Assembly: GCA_043228905.1 (NCBI GenBank)
Contig: JBHGNT010000009.1
Coordinates: forward strand, 11,222,001-11,286,000
Direction: 5' to 3'
DNA: 64,000 nt
DNA from: Azolla caroliniana
Lineage: Eukaryota > Plantae > Polypodiophyta
This document shows positions 47,201-59,600 of the stretch, in pieces (position 1 is the stretch's first letter; the number at the start of each line of letters is the position of its first letter). The position numbers and the translations under genes were made by a program. A model generated the notes under the pieces. It did not search any database. It was not told where the DNA came from and saw nothing but the letters and a program-made list of their open reading frames with translations.

Positions 47201-47420
47201 CAGAATCTATGCTTTCCAACCCATTGCTCACCATACAGTCATGAACATGGATTGCGTAAGACAAACTGCTCTTCTCTTCCTTCTTTTTTCTGCATTCTAG
47301 CATAATAGCTATGGTGTCTTGTATGCAGGGGAGATCTGAATTCCTCTCTTGAAAGGTCTTGAAGGTACCGTCTACCATGAAATCCTCACAAAAGGAGGCA
47401 ATCGTTTGGCATATGTTCAT
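44214..47420 (-). CDS. PLS-class pentatricopeptide repeat protein with a C-terminal E-type extension and no DYW domain (probable organellar RNA-editing factor)
   Basis: Uninterrupted ORF of 1082 codons (first ATG at 47420; true start uncertain). Repeated NTLIDMYAKCG / DVVSWSSVISG / PNEVT triplets; ends WINLLAASRKLGN...AFVLMANIYA. Confidence 0.93.
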   Translation of the reverse strand: MNICQTIASFCEDFMVDGTFKTFQERNSDLPCIQDTIAIMLECRKKKEEKSSLSYAIHVHDCMVSNGLESIDSVKNHLVPLFVDCGSLAAAEQAFHSLHIRSEHSWTSLIKAYTHVEFCSLQAFTLLDQMEQDGVQPSRHTFMHLLSFCGSFSKLEMGQNIHSKMIKEGHYHHDINELFLTNALVALYGKCGLLIDARSVFNQAPIRDIYLWNTLISLYVEQNIGEEAILCLKSMEIEGISLDATTFRHILKACVSTGDYARAKFFHHMLIAKGCEMETFLIESLVDIYTSWKGFVDAEAVVKALPVPDVESSIALMAAYSKSGLSNRVLDCKKQLDSDGLFLLNPTVFVYSLKACGDLRDLDHGTRLHLEVEKYGFGEPTVASALITMYSKCGSLMEAQKVFDEMNGRDTVTWTIMLVAYAEHGFMQEALGTLCDMQVDKARLDSVACVCGLKACAAIKDMAKGREIHAEVIKEGFERSLLVCNTLLDMYAKGGLLMEACDVFNELFVRDVVAWNTLIDAYVGNELYDEALGFLENIRNEGIAPNESTLVNVLKACCYAGYRNEGQKIHTYIVELGFERDAFIGSILLDMYCRCGYLIEAQHLFDAFPVRTAVTWSILISGYTVNGLASEALKHSEQMQLEGIYADVDVILCILKACSNIGSIKKGREAHSYIMKVGFQDNPIVGGALVHLYAKCGQLFEAEEILSMLSVRDVVSWSGLIEGFVDLGLAEHALCCYNKMQLDGVSPNAITLFPILKACGDIGALGIGREIHMEAMKEELESDIYVNNTLIDMYAKCGAILEALDLLDEQPQLRDVVSWSSVISGCVDNGEIDTAFSLYKEMQEEGVAPNEVTIMSLLKAYGSISALEAGRRIHAQMKLNFEGDAMFTTALLDMYAKCGCMIDAQVLFNTISKVDIVALNALSNGYARHGQSDLVIYLFERMKEEGIRPDESTFLNLLIGCDHDGFVGKGQEYFYSLCRENSSSDKHRDCMVNVLGRAGRLEEASLLMQEMPLQTQGIGWINLLAASRKLGNLEAGKLIFEWATDVSKMNSAAFVLMANIYAETRDAD

Positions 47421-48899
47421 TGATGACCATAGAGGAAGTAAGGACCTATGAATAACAAACAACGTGTGATATCGTTACTAGAGACTACATATTTAGATAT
47501 ATCATATATGTATGTAGATACTGTATACATACATATATACATATATATATAATATACATATATGTATGTATGTATGTATGTATAGAGTGGCACCCCAATT
47601 CTGCTATATTACATATTTACTTATGCATTTGGTTAGAACTTAACTTAGGACATGGTTTTTGCATGGGGGTCCAAGTGTTGTTTTTTGCAATGAACACAGG
47701 GCCCTCACTAGGGTTCCGAGCTACCCCCTCGCTTGTTGGGGCTGCCCACGATTAGTGTTGAAAATATCCGAAAAACAAATGCCGTATTTTTGGTGTTTTG
47801 CCCTTGGCCATATTGCCTGGATAGATATTTCCAAAAGCTTCGCCCAATTATTGGGCTATGTAGTGTGAATGAGTCCAAGTTTGGGCAAAGTGTAGGTTAT
47901 ATAGCTATGTGCTCTCTTATAGTTGTTATTGTGGTGTCTCTTACATATTATAGATCGAATAACAATGATAAGTAATGAATATTAAGATTAAGAAAAGGTG
48001 GTTTAACTGTGCTTAACCACACCCAACCACTTCCAAGCGAAAGACAAGAGACAAACATAAAATAGTAGTAATGTCCCATACCAAAGAATATTACCTTATG
48101 TTATACTTTGGAAGTTAAGATGAATGGATCTGAAAGAAACAAGCTTTGCATCACCAATAGAGTCTCAACCAGATCTCAAGGTGGTCTAATTAATGGAGTC
48201 ATTAAGCCCCTTCATAAATCCCAAATTGTTAGGCTCCCAAAACCACCATGTATTCCCACATGTCATAAGTCCTTATGTGTTTGTCCGAAGTTCTAGGATA
48301 ATAGATTTCCTATTATACTATCCTTAATTAATTAATATTAGCCTTTCAATTGAAGAATGTGCTCCTCCCAAGTGTCATCATGCACAATTCAATCCAACCA
48401 TTTAATTTCGATTTCTTGGATTTCTTTAGGTTTCAAATGTTTAGCTCAAGCATCAAGGGTTTTTTCTAGCAAACGAGATTACCAAATAAATCGTCATGAA
48501 TGACTACATCTTTAATGGTTACTCTGTTGTTGTAACAACCAATATGTTTTTTTGGCAACTAACATTAAAAATAAGATGAACACCAATGCCATCAAGAAGA
48601 TCAAGATGATAGGCATCTAAACAAACCAAAGTGCTTTAGGACTATGAAAGGTTTGCAAAAGCGTGAAGCTAATTTAGCATACGTACTATAGATAAAATTT
48701 TGAATTTTGGAGGTGACATAGAAATATTTATTTACCTTTGGTAAGAACATGAAGATACATATTATTATCAACAATACAACATGATCTATCTTGACTTGTC
48801 TTAATATTATCTCACGTGAATGAAATATTTCATACGTATCCTTAAGAAAATATCGTGTACTCTCTACTTCACTTGAATGAAAATTAATAATGTTTTGTA

Positions 48900-51800
48900 C
48901 TTCGTCTTTCACTAAAATAGGAAGACTTCGTAGGGGATTGAGGTCCTTGCAGCATTTGCAAGGGAGAAGGCCATATTCGACTTATATAAGTTCTAGAGTG
49001 ATACAATTAGGGAATCAGATATTGGAATTAGAAAAGGTTTCCGCCGAATTTACTTACCACAATATATCTTCTGAATGGGCAGAGTCAGGAGATAAAAGTA
49101 AATAAACTATTCTTTGCAGTGCATAATCACCATAATTCAACTACTAGGATCTCCCGTTTAAAATGTCATGATGGCTCTTATAACAATGATCCTAGTTAGA
49201 TGCGTCAAATAGCCTCTAATTATTATGATAATTTGTTGACGGCTCGATCCTTTTCTGGAGATGATTTGTTTAAACGAGATATTATATGGTCAAGGATTTA
49301 ACATAGAGTATTTGTAAAACTTTCAGAATGCCTTTTGAAAGCAGCAAAGGCCCTAGCAAAGGACGTTTGTCCTGGATTGGATGGGCTAGGGGTTTAGTGG
49401 TATATACAATATTGGGATTTGATAGGTGAGAGACTGACCAAAGCTTATCAACATATTTTAGATTATGGAAATATGCCACAAGAATGGAATGAGGGTTTAA
49501 TCTACATGATTCCCAAATCAAGTGGTCAGTTAGAGGAGCTTTGTCATTGGAGGCCAATTACTTTGCTCAATGTTATTTATAAGATATTAGCAAAAACGAT
49601 AGCTAGATGTTTACAACCTTATCTTTCTAAACTGATTCATGAATCTCATATTGGTTTTATACAAGAGCGGAGTATTTTTTATAATATTATTCTTTTTTGG
49701 GAAATGGTAGCCTTTGCTGAATTGCATAAGCAAGATTTGGCAGTGTTATTTCTAGATTTTGAAAAAGTTTATGCCAAAGTGGATTGGGATTTTATGGAGG
49801 GCATTTTGCTCAGGATGGGTTTTCCAAACAAATTGATACGAGGTGTTTTAGCATTATATCATAATGCACATAGTTCTCTTTTATTTGCAGGAGATGTTGG
49901 TAGGCGATTCTCTATTTCAAGATCAATAAGACAAGGATGTCCACTTGCTCCTTTTCAATTTTTACTAGTATCTAAAGCATTTTCTATACATTTAAATTCT
50001 CAGCATGTTAATATCAAAGGTTTAGAGTTACCATTTGTAGATGTTGGTGTGGACAGTGAGTTTGTTGATGATACAACTCTTTATGTTCACGCCTCACAAT
50101 TTAACTTGTTGTAGGTCCAAAAAGCTATGGGTGTTTCTTAGATGCATCGGGTGCACTGATTAATTGGGATAAATCATCAAGTTTTTGGGTGGCTTCGGGA
50201 GATCTGCCATTTAATGTACCTAGCTTAGGATTCACGTGGATACCTAAAGGGCACTCCATTAGGTATTTAGGATGTAGAGTGGGGTTAGGATTAAATGTAG
50301 AAGTTATGCTTGCGCCCTTGTTGTTGTTGAGAATCGTGACCGGCCACAACCGGCTTATTGTTCGGATGTTCGGGTGCAGGGAACGTAAAGTAGAATGCAG
50401 TCAGACAGAGTACAAAAACAGAAATAGCACAAGAGACAAAGACACACGATCTTAACGTGGAAACCCTAAATGGGAAAACCACGGGGGTCCACAAACCCCG
50501 AGAAACAGAATCATTATGATAAAAGGAGGAGTACAACTAGAAGCTCCAAGGCAACGACCTTGAGATTCTACTTCATCAATAGATGGCTACACCGTTGCAT
50601 ACTCTCTCACTCTCACTCACTTACAATTACACAGTTACAGAGGCAACAACCTTCTAAGTAACTTTAACAATGACAGACAATCACATTATGATTGCCCTAA
50701 GTACTTATACTAGTACACCTTTTGGGTTATTTACAAGTGTAGCCCATAAGGGCATATTTAGACTATTGACAAGTATAATCTTCCGAGTTGGCTGTTTACA
50801 TGATTTCGGTATCGGCCTCGGCCGAGTTCCTCATCAACTCGGCTCTTCTCTTTCCATCCGGAGGGACCCGTTTCCTAACAATTGTTAAGATTAAGGAATA
50901 AGCTAATATACTGGAATAAGGAAAAGTTATCCCTAGCAAGATGTATAGTTGTTGCTAATTCTGTGCTTTTGTCTTCCATTTGGTATATAGCGTCTACATG
51001 GCTGTTTTGTAGGTCAATAATGCTTAAAGTTCAACGCCTAGTGCAGAATTTTATTTGGGGGAATGCTATTGTAGAAAATATTGTAGCAAAGGTAGCTTGG
51101 TCAGTTTTTATACAGCCTAAACGGAAAGGAGGTTTAGGTTTGATTGATCCCTTTATGCAAGTAAAGCATTACTTGCTAAACATGTTATAGAAAAAGTTAT
51201 GGATTTGTCATTTATATAAATTTAAGCCAGCGGTAGGTGGTCAATGGCGTGATAGTCTTAGGTGGTTCTTTAACTCTGATTTTCCGTTGCCTAAGTCGAC
51301 TGTTGGGTCTTTATGTTTTTACAATGGAATTCTCCAGGCATGGGAAAGTACTCGTCAAGCACTTGTTTTCTTGCCACCAAAAACTTATCATCAATTCATG
51401 CGTCAACCGTTGTTATGGAATCCATTATTTACTGATGAAGCTACATGTGTTTTGGGTTTACAGTCTAGGTTATCTTGAACTGCAATGGATAGTGAGTGGC
51501 TCATGCTGTACAGTTGCAGATTGGGTAAATTTTCTGCAGACTTCAGTGCAAGACCAAAAGAAATAGGGTGTCTAATTTCGAGGGGAAAATATTATGCTCT
51601 CTCAAGTGTCAACGGTGTATCAGGTAACAGTGCCAACTTTGCAATTCAATCATTTTTAGAGTTGGTATGGTATGTTTTCAACATTTAATATACTTATAGG
51701 AGCTCGTTTATATCATCAAAATGGCAAATTCTATTTTTATGAAGTTCTGGATAATGGTAGGTTGTTATTAGTGGAGGAGGAGTCTCCAATTATGCCTTCT

Positions 51801-52283
51801 ACCAAGCAGTTGCCAGTGCAAATAATTGCTAGATTAGATAAAATGATATTTATAGATCTGAATCCATTAATTGCTAATTACTCATCTCATATGTGGGTTT
51901 TACACTCTAGGCCAATTGCTGATCTGCAGTGGGGTCCATCTGATTATGGTTGGAAGTTATCCAGGTCTGACACTTCGCAAACGAAAGTTCTTCCATTCTT
52001 CACATATTCTGTGGCATTGGGTAGAAACTTTTTGTTGAATTAGATAGAGTCGGTACCTGTGGGGAAAAAGTATTGGGAGGAAGGTAATTTGTCATCTTCT
52101 CATTTGTTGAAGTTCTAGAAATAGTTTTGGTCACTTGAATGTATGAACAAGGTATTGCATTTTCGATGGTTGATGATTCAATATACAATGCTAGTAGGAG
52201 ATTTATTGAGGGAACTGGTGCCTGATTGATCATGTGTTCCATGTGGGTTTGCATCTAAGACATTGCATCATGTTTTTTGGGAC
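48900..52283 (+). mobile_element. Degenerate LINE (L1/Tx1-like) ORF2: RT and C-terminal zinc finger, 3' truncated; left boundary approximate
   Basis: WRPITLLNVIYKILAK, DFEKVYAKVDW, IRQGCPLAP, FVDDT, RYLG, PKRKGGLGL, CVPC...LHHVFWD. Confidence 0.88.
50325..50880 (-). mobile_element. Solo LTR (556 bp) inserted in the LINE; same family as the LTR at 25603-26612
   Basis: TGTTG...CTAACA; flanks GTTGT and ATTGT; shares ACCGGCCACAACC, AACGTGGAAACCCT and TTTCCTAACA with the 25603 LTR. Confidence 0.85.
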
Positions 52284-55099
52284 GGCCAAACGTACAAGGA
52301 AGACACAAACACACGCAAGAATGCTCGTACGTCTTTTGAGGAGGAGAGGTGCATGGGCACACCCGAAACACTCCCTCGTCATAAGACGGCCGAACGTACA
52401 AGTGGATGAGAAGAAAGAAAGAAAGAAAGAAAGAAAAAACACAAATGATATTGGCTAAAGAAATAAATATGTGTTCAATTCCAACGCAAGAGGGCCCTTT
52501 ATAAAATAGGGTTTGATTACAATGTGGAAACTTGTAGTTAACCACAAGCTCAACAAAACATAAATACTAAATGCCCTTAGAGACTAGAGCAAATCCAAAC
52601 ATGGAGCACAAACACGACGAAGACGAACACACGAGCACCACAAAAATGCCGACCCCAACGAACCACGACCACCCGAATGGCGAGCACACGGGCTCACAAC
52701 GACGAACAGGGCTCGCAACGTCCAACCAACAAAGCTCGGGCTCATGAGCACCGTAAACAAGCACTTCGAGTGCCAACGTGAAGAAGACGAGCACGTGGCG
52801 ATGAGGGGATGAAGGGGTATGAGATGAAGAGAAGTGGTGAAGATGAAGATGAAGCGCTCCAAAGGAAAAATGGCGATAGTCTCCTCCTCCCAAAACGAGC
52901 CCTCCTCGACCTCCTTTTATAGGAAAAAAAGAAGGGGGGTCACCAATTTTGGCTTCAATGAAAAAGGAATAAAATTTCTTAGATCACGCTGCATTGTAAG
53001 ACCGGATTTGAACCAAGCACCCCTAGCTAAAAGTCAATGTGACTATCCACTAGCCCATTAGCTCTCTCTTATATAATATATAATTCTATATCAACAAATT
53101 CATAGCATGTCTCCCCTCTACTTTTTATCTCTCCTCTCTCTTACTTTTTGCACGAGCTTCTATACCTCCGTTCCACCCTTTCTTTTCCTTTTTCGTTTGC
53201 ATGTGCACAATTAATTGCCTTTGTGTGCACACACATTGGACATGCACATTTTGACCCCCGCCCCTTTCGCCGGTTTTTCCCACTCTCGATCACGTGACAA
53301 CACGACATCCACCCCTACCTAACCGCACATCCTCCGGTATGTGCCAAGAATGGCGGGCTGAGGGTGGTCAATAGTTCCTTTCCTCCTCCTCATTGGCCCC
53401 GCGGCTTGTTGTTTGCTCGTCTTTATCTTCGTCAAGGTCATCGAGGTTTGGCTCCTTGTCCCGTCGCTTTTTGAAGATTTTGACCCGCTGGCCTACTATT
53501 GGTACTGCTAGCTTAGTCCCATCGAGTTCAGCGAGGTGGTAGGTGGCATTATCGTTTGCACTCGTTACCACGTACGACCCGAACCATCACTTTGAGAATT
53601 TGCACACCGAGCTATGTTGATTGTGGAGACTGCTATCATACACAATCACCTAGTCTCCTTCTTCGATCTTCTGAGGGCGTCGTCGGTGTGTCTTGTCGAA
53701 CCGAGCTTTGTTACTTAGCCTAACCGCTTCTAACCTCTCCTTTGCCAACTCCAAGTCTTCGGGTCTTCTCTCAAGTTGTCTTATCCTTGTTGCTAGAAGC
53801 TCTTCTCGACTCATCTCGTTTTCCTACGACATCGCTACCCATGACGCGATCGTGTCTTTAATGGGCATCACCGACTTTTGTCCGTACATGAGTTCAGCTA
53901 GCATGAAACCTGTAACTGAGCTATGAGTTTTTCTGTCAGCCCACAAGTCATAGGGTAGTAAACAAGGCCAGTTCCCGACTCGCCCATCACAAGGTCTTAC
54001 AATGGCTTTTACGATAGGCTCGTGTCCGTGTTCTATCTTTCCATTAGCCTCCGGGTTATAGGCGGTCATGAGAGAGAGCTTCACTCCAAGTCATTCAAAG
54101 AGCTCTGTAGCTTCATGAGCGTTCAACACTCCTTTGTTGGCCACTATCTTTCCCACACATCCGTACCGGCAGATGACATCCTCGAGTAAGAATTTACACA
54201 CCCCCGTTGTCGTTTTGTTTGCTAAGGCTCGCCCTTCTACCTGGTTTGTTAGGTCTTCTCTTGCTAGCACCAAATATTTCATTTGACCCACTCCCATTAG
54301 CATCAAAACCAAATTCACCATCCATTTGAAGTGTATGGTGAGTGGGTAGGTCGGGTGCAACTCGTCCCTATGCCGTATGTTTGAGTGTATCTAGCAGTTT
54401 TCACACGTCCCCACGAAATGGGCGACATCCTTGTACATTCCCGGCCACCAATACTCTCCTTTAGCTTCTTGAATGTTGCCCACGTTCCTCTATGGCCCGC
54501 CCAAGGAATCTCGTGGAACTCAGACACCAATGTTGTCTGGTCCTCTTCCTTTATGACCACTCGTTGTGGCATCCCCATCCTTCTCTTCGGGTGCCCCCAG
54601 AGGAATCCCCCTTGTAGGAAGTACTTGTATGCTTTCTTTCGGACTCTCTGTGCTTCCTCCTTTGACCATGAACTATCCACCGTCATTGAGCTTAAGAACT
54701 TGCCAATGTGTAGCCACTCCCCTTCGTATTCACTTTCGTTGAAGGCGTGGAGTACTCGCACATCTCGATCATCTATAGACGCTTGGGCCGTCTTAAAGAA
54801 GTCAAGAGCGACATCCTCATCTTCAGACATCATGTCGCTTTTGCACTCGAATCTTGCCGTCAATAGCATATCTGCCATGGCATTGTTCTTCCCTGAAATG
54901 TGGTGAATCTCCAGGTTCATAGATTTGATGTAAGAAATCCATCTTAGCATAGCTAGGTTAGGTGTTGCACATCCCGAAACCATCCCTAGGATTGGAAGAC
55001 AATCTGTCTCTATTACCACCTTTGACCTGATTAGGTAATCTTTATCCGCCTTCACTGGGGACACAATACCCCAAAGCTCGCGTTTTACTTGGGCATATC

Positions 55100-55857
55100 T
55101 GTTAGGAAATAGGTCCCTCCGGATGGGAAGTGAGAAGAACAGTGCTAATGAGAATCTCAGCCGAGGCCGAAACTGGATGTCGAGTACCCGGCAACGGAAG
55201 ACCCGGTGAGAACCGGATGTGGCGTACCCGGCAAGCGCCGGATGAAGAGTACTCGGGAACGGAAGACCCGGTGAGAACCGGACGTGGTGTACCTAGCAAG
55301 CGCCGGATGAAGAGTACCCGACTACGGAAGACCCGGTGAGAACCGGATGAGGAGTATCCGGCAAGAGCCGGATGGTGAAGGTCCGGTGAGAAGTGCTCAC
55401 CGGATGAAGGGACATATTCATAAATATGTTTCTTGAGAGTCCATTGGGGCTATATTTGTAAATAGCCGAAAAGTCATATTAGTATAAATATGACTTAGGG
55501 CAAACTTAGAAGTTGTTGTTGTCATTCTTGTTGGCACAAGATTAGAGCGCGTAACTGTGTACAGAGAGAGTGAGAGAGAGGAAGAGGTCGTTGCCTCTGT
55601 TGTAATCGCCGCCTGTGGCGAAGATAGAAAGCTCGAGGTCGTTGCTTCGGTGTTTTACCATTTGTACATTCGGACATAGTGATAGTTTGCAGTTTGGGGG
55701 CTGCCGTGGTTTTCTTTCCCTAGTTTGGGTTTTCCACGTTAACATCCTATGTTCTCTTCTCTCCATTGTGTCATGCATTCATTCCCCATTTTCTGTGTTT
55801 GATTCTAAGCTCGGTTGTGACCGAGCGTTGCTAATCTAGAGCGTGTAGTTCTTGTCA
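55100..55857 (+). mobile_element. Solo LTR (758 bp) in the RNase H of element D; TSD ATATC; internal repeats of about 65 bp
   Basis: TGTTAGGAAA...TGTCA; ATATC at 55095-55099 and 55858-55862; CGGAAGACCCGGTGAGAACCGGA occurs three times; related to the 25603 and 50325 LTRs. Confidence 0.88.
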
Positions 55858-55991
55858 ATATCCTCATTGTCGCTCGCTTAATACCTTGGCTCCGAACCGG
55901 ATGGGTTAGCATGTACCATCCTCTCCTTCTTGGTTGATGACCCATCTGATCCCTATTGGACTCGTATCTACCGTCACATAGATGGGCACCA

Positions 55992-56666
55992 CTTCCTTGT
56001 ACGTTCAGTCGTCTTGTGAGGCGGGAGCGTTTCGGGCGTGCCCATCCACCTTTCCTCCTCATAAAGGCGTACGAGCATTTTCTGTGTGTGTTTGTGTCTT
56101 CCTTGTACGTTCGACCGTGTTGTGACGAGGGAGCGTTTCGGGTGTGCCCATGCACCTCTTCTCCTCATAAAGGCATACGAGCATTTTGTGTGTGTGTTTG
56201 TATCTTCCTTGTACGTTCGACCATCCTGTGATGAGGGATCGTTTTGGGCGTGCCCATGCACCTCTCCTCCTCATAAAGGCGTACAAGCATTTTGTGCGTA
56301 TGTTTGTGTCTTCCTTGTACGTTCGGTCGTCTTGTGACGAGGGAGCGTTTCGGGCGTGCCCATGCACCTCTCCTCCTCATAAAGGCGTACGAGCATTTGT
56401 GTGTGTGTTTGTGTATTCCTTGTATGTTTAGTTTTCTTGTAACGAGGGAGCATTCAGGCTTGGCCATGCACCTCTCCTCCTCATAAAGGCGTACGAGAAT
56501 TTGTGCGTGTGTTTTGTGTCTTCCTTGTACGTTCAACGTCTTGTGACAAGGAAGTGTTCGGGTGTGCCCATGCACCTCTCCTCCTCATAAAGACGTACGG
56601 GCATTCGTGTTTGTGTTATCGTCCCCTTGTGCGTTCATCTTGCGTGGTCATCTTTGCTTGTATCTA
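55992..56666. repeat. Inverted copy of the element D LTR segment 60701-61374 inserted in its own pol
   Basis: Reverse complement of 60701-61374; identical spurious 136-aa ORFs at 56165-56575 (-) and 60791-61201 (+) apart from one residue. Confidence 0.93.
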
Positions 56667-59600
56667 CCCTTCCTTGTATACGACTTTTTGTAAAGCTGGT
56701 ACCACTACCAACATTACTTTGAGCCTCTTCATTGCCTCTATGTGCTCTTCCTCCCACTTGAACTTCCGCCCCTTCTTGAGTAGCCCATACAAGGGCTTGG
56801 CTAGGTGAGTGTAGTGCGGGATCCAGATGTGGTAGAATGCACATGCACCAAGAAATCGCCTCACCTTTGTTTGCGATTTACATTCTTCCCTCATGTCTGT
56901 GATGGCGTCCACCTTTGCCAGGGATGGCTTCCCTCCGTACGCCCTGCACAAGTGTCCCACCACAAGAATCTCCGGTTGGCCGAATGCCGATTTCTCACTT
57001 GAGAAGGTTAAGCGTGCATCTTCGAGTCTTTATAGAACCTTCTCGCAATCGGGGATGTGATATGCCACATAACTTCTGCACCCATCCTTGTCCAAGGTTT
57101 CATCTTTCTCCGCTTCAGAGCACCCTTTTATGGGGATGTCATCGAGGAATGACATGGTGATGTCGGGGATGCAATCTCTCAATACCTTGTTCATTGCATT
57201 TACCATGTGGGCTACAGAGTTAGTGCCTCCTTGTGGCAAGGTACACATTCACACTAGGCCGGTAGGGGTCCACATCGTCGTGATGTCCCTACTCTCCACA
57301 ACTAGTTGGAATTGATCATACCTTGAGTATAGATCATTGATTGAATAAATAGACCTTCAAGTGAAGGCGCTCGGCCCGACCCCTGCATTTTGAATTGTCA
57401 CTTGATTAACAGGTTGTAGGTCCTGGATGAAGCGTAAGGTGTAATTCTTCTTTGGCACAATGAACCACCGATTCAAGTATGGGGTGCTTGATGGATCGAG
57501 GATACCCATCTCAATATTTTCCTTGAGTAGCTCAATCAACTTCGGGATGTGAGCTCTCAGAACCGGGATTGGTTTGATGTTCCACGGTACATGCGGTACC
57601 GTAAAAATCACCATTGGTTCCACGATCTTAGAGTTTACACACCCTATCTCACCCGACGAGAAGGCGAAAGCCCTTCTGTGGCTTTTGATCATCTTTCTAA
57701 ATCTTTCCTCCTCCCTAGCCAATAGGAAGCCACCCCCACCAATCCGGAGCTTCTGTCGCGTCTTGTCGGTGAACTAGTGCCCTATGCCTCGTGGGTCCCG
57801 CAAGCTAGGATCAGTTGCTACCCTCTTTATCCGATCCCAACTATTGTTAGGCAATGTGGTAGCCACAGGTTTCACCTTCTTGTCCACGGTCTTGTACTTT
57901 GTTTGCACCTTGACCGTCCTCGCTTCGTCAATCAACCGCCCAAGCTCTTCGATGGCGGTGTACATGTCAACTGAGTTGACTGGAATTACCTTGTCTTCAT
58001 TGAGGCCCAAAACGACTATCCTCTCCATCTCTCTGAAAGTGTCATCGAACGAGACCACCTCCATGGTGCTGCTTATGGTGTCATCTTTCCCCAATAAATT
58101 ACATTGTTTGAGATACCTTTCGTATCTCTTGGCCCTAGGATGATCTCTATCACTAAAACTAGTAATTTTACAAGCTCCATTTTTGGAGAACCAAAATTGT
58201 TTCCTATTACATTTAATAATTTTGCTAGGGTTTAGGGTCTTAGTTTGCCTCGGGCTATTGCGTCCCCACTCTTTAATAGCCCGCATCAAAAATCCTCTCG
58301 TCTCTCCCCTTTGAGGGAGGCTCGATTGTGCTCATGGTTGGGCCCCACCGTAAGGAATTGGACCGAATGCTTCCCATCTTGGTTCTTGACCCTCGTATAT
58401 GCCGACCCGTTGTCTAGCACCTTCATCTCCATGTGAGCCGCCGTGATGTATGGTTCACCCAAGATGACCGGGTGCGAGGACGTCTCTTGAACAAAGAAAT
58501 GTTGATTTATTTCTATGTCCCCCACCTTCACACGTACATTCGGGCAAGCCCCGTATAGCTCCTCGGTTGCTCGGGTCGCCGCTCTAATCTTCCACCCGTG
58601 GTTCGTGTTGATCGGCCACTTTCCCTTTTTATAAAAGTCCATGGACATAAGGTTGATCTCAAAACTATGGTCGATCAATGCTACAACTGACACTTTTACA
58701 TCTCCGACCCGTACTGGTGTCTCCATTGTCGCTCTCGCCCAATGCGGCCTTGTGTAGTGACTGTCCGCATAGTCTTCGTCTTCCTCAGGAACCTCAGTTG
58801 ACAATGCATTTACAATCGTGGGCTTTGCCACTTCTTGCTCCGTCGAGAGCCGCTTCCTCTTCATTAGGTCGATGATGACCTCATGGAATTCTTTCTTGGC
58901 AATTCTGAGGACCGCTCGCAGAGTAAACTCTACATGACTATCGAGGATCCTTTCCTCCAATACCTTCTTCAAGTCCATTGCTTGTTCGATCTTTGAGCAA
59001 AGCTTGAAGTTCGGGGGGTTCCCCTTCTCTTTCCATCTTTCGTTGCGTGCTTGAGACTGGTTCGACTCTTCCTTTCTTCGTGCACCTCGAGTGTCATATT
59101 TCCTTGATGGACCATATCCCTCGTCATTTCCTACCTTCTTCTCCTCTACCATTACTTCGTAGTTTTGGCAAGCGGCTTCCACTAAGCCTGTCTTTTCTTC
59201 TACCGGATCCTTCCACCCACTTGCTTCTTGGACCCTTCTTTCCGCTTTGTCCACTTCTTCTCTTTTGAACTTTCCCCTAGAGAGGCTTCCAAGCATTGAC
59301 AACCAAAAGTCAAACTCTTTCTCCTCTTTCCTCCTCACCTCTTTCCCCACTCGGATCCCAACCAACGCCGAGTAGTGGACGGCTTCAACATGTCTTTCTT
59401 CGGCCTCCTCCATTAGCCTTCTCATGCCCCCTTAGCCTTGATTCAATCCCAAGGGCTGCCTTGTCTCCGTTGAATAGACCCTATTGTTCCAAAGATAAAC
59501 AATATCCCTTCTTAGGGCCTCTTGAAAGTCTCCACACTCCCTTCGTAGGTGGTTGGGATTGTCACACCACATACATGTTTGTGCGAACGGGGGACGTCGA

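Noticed and set aside
47980-48600. Possible minus-strand LINE remnant upstream of the PPR gene
   Set aside because: Only vague motif resemblance; cannot be supported without a search.
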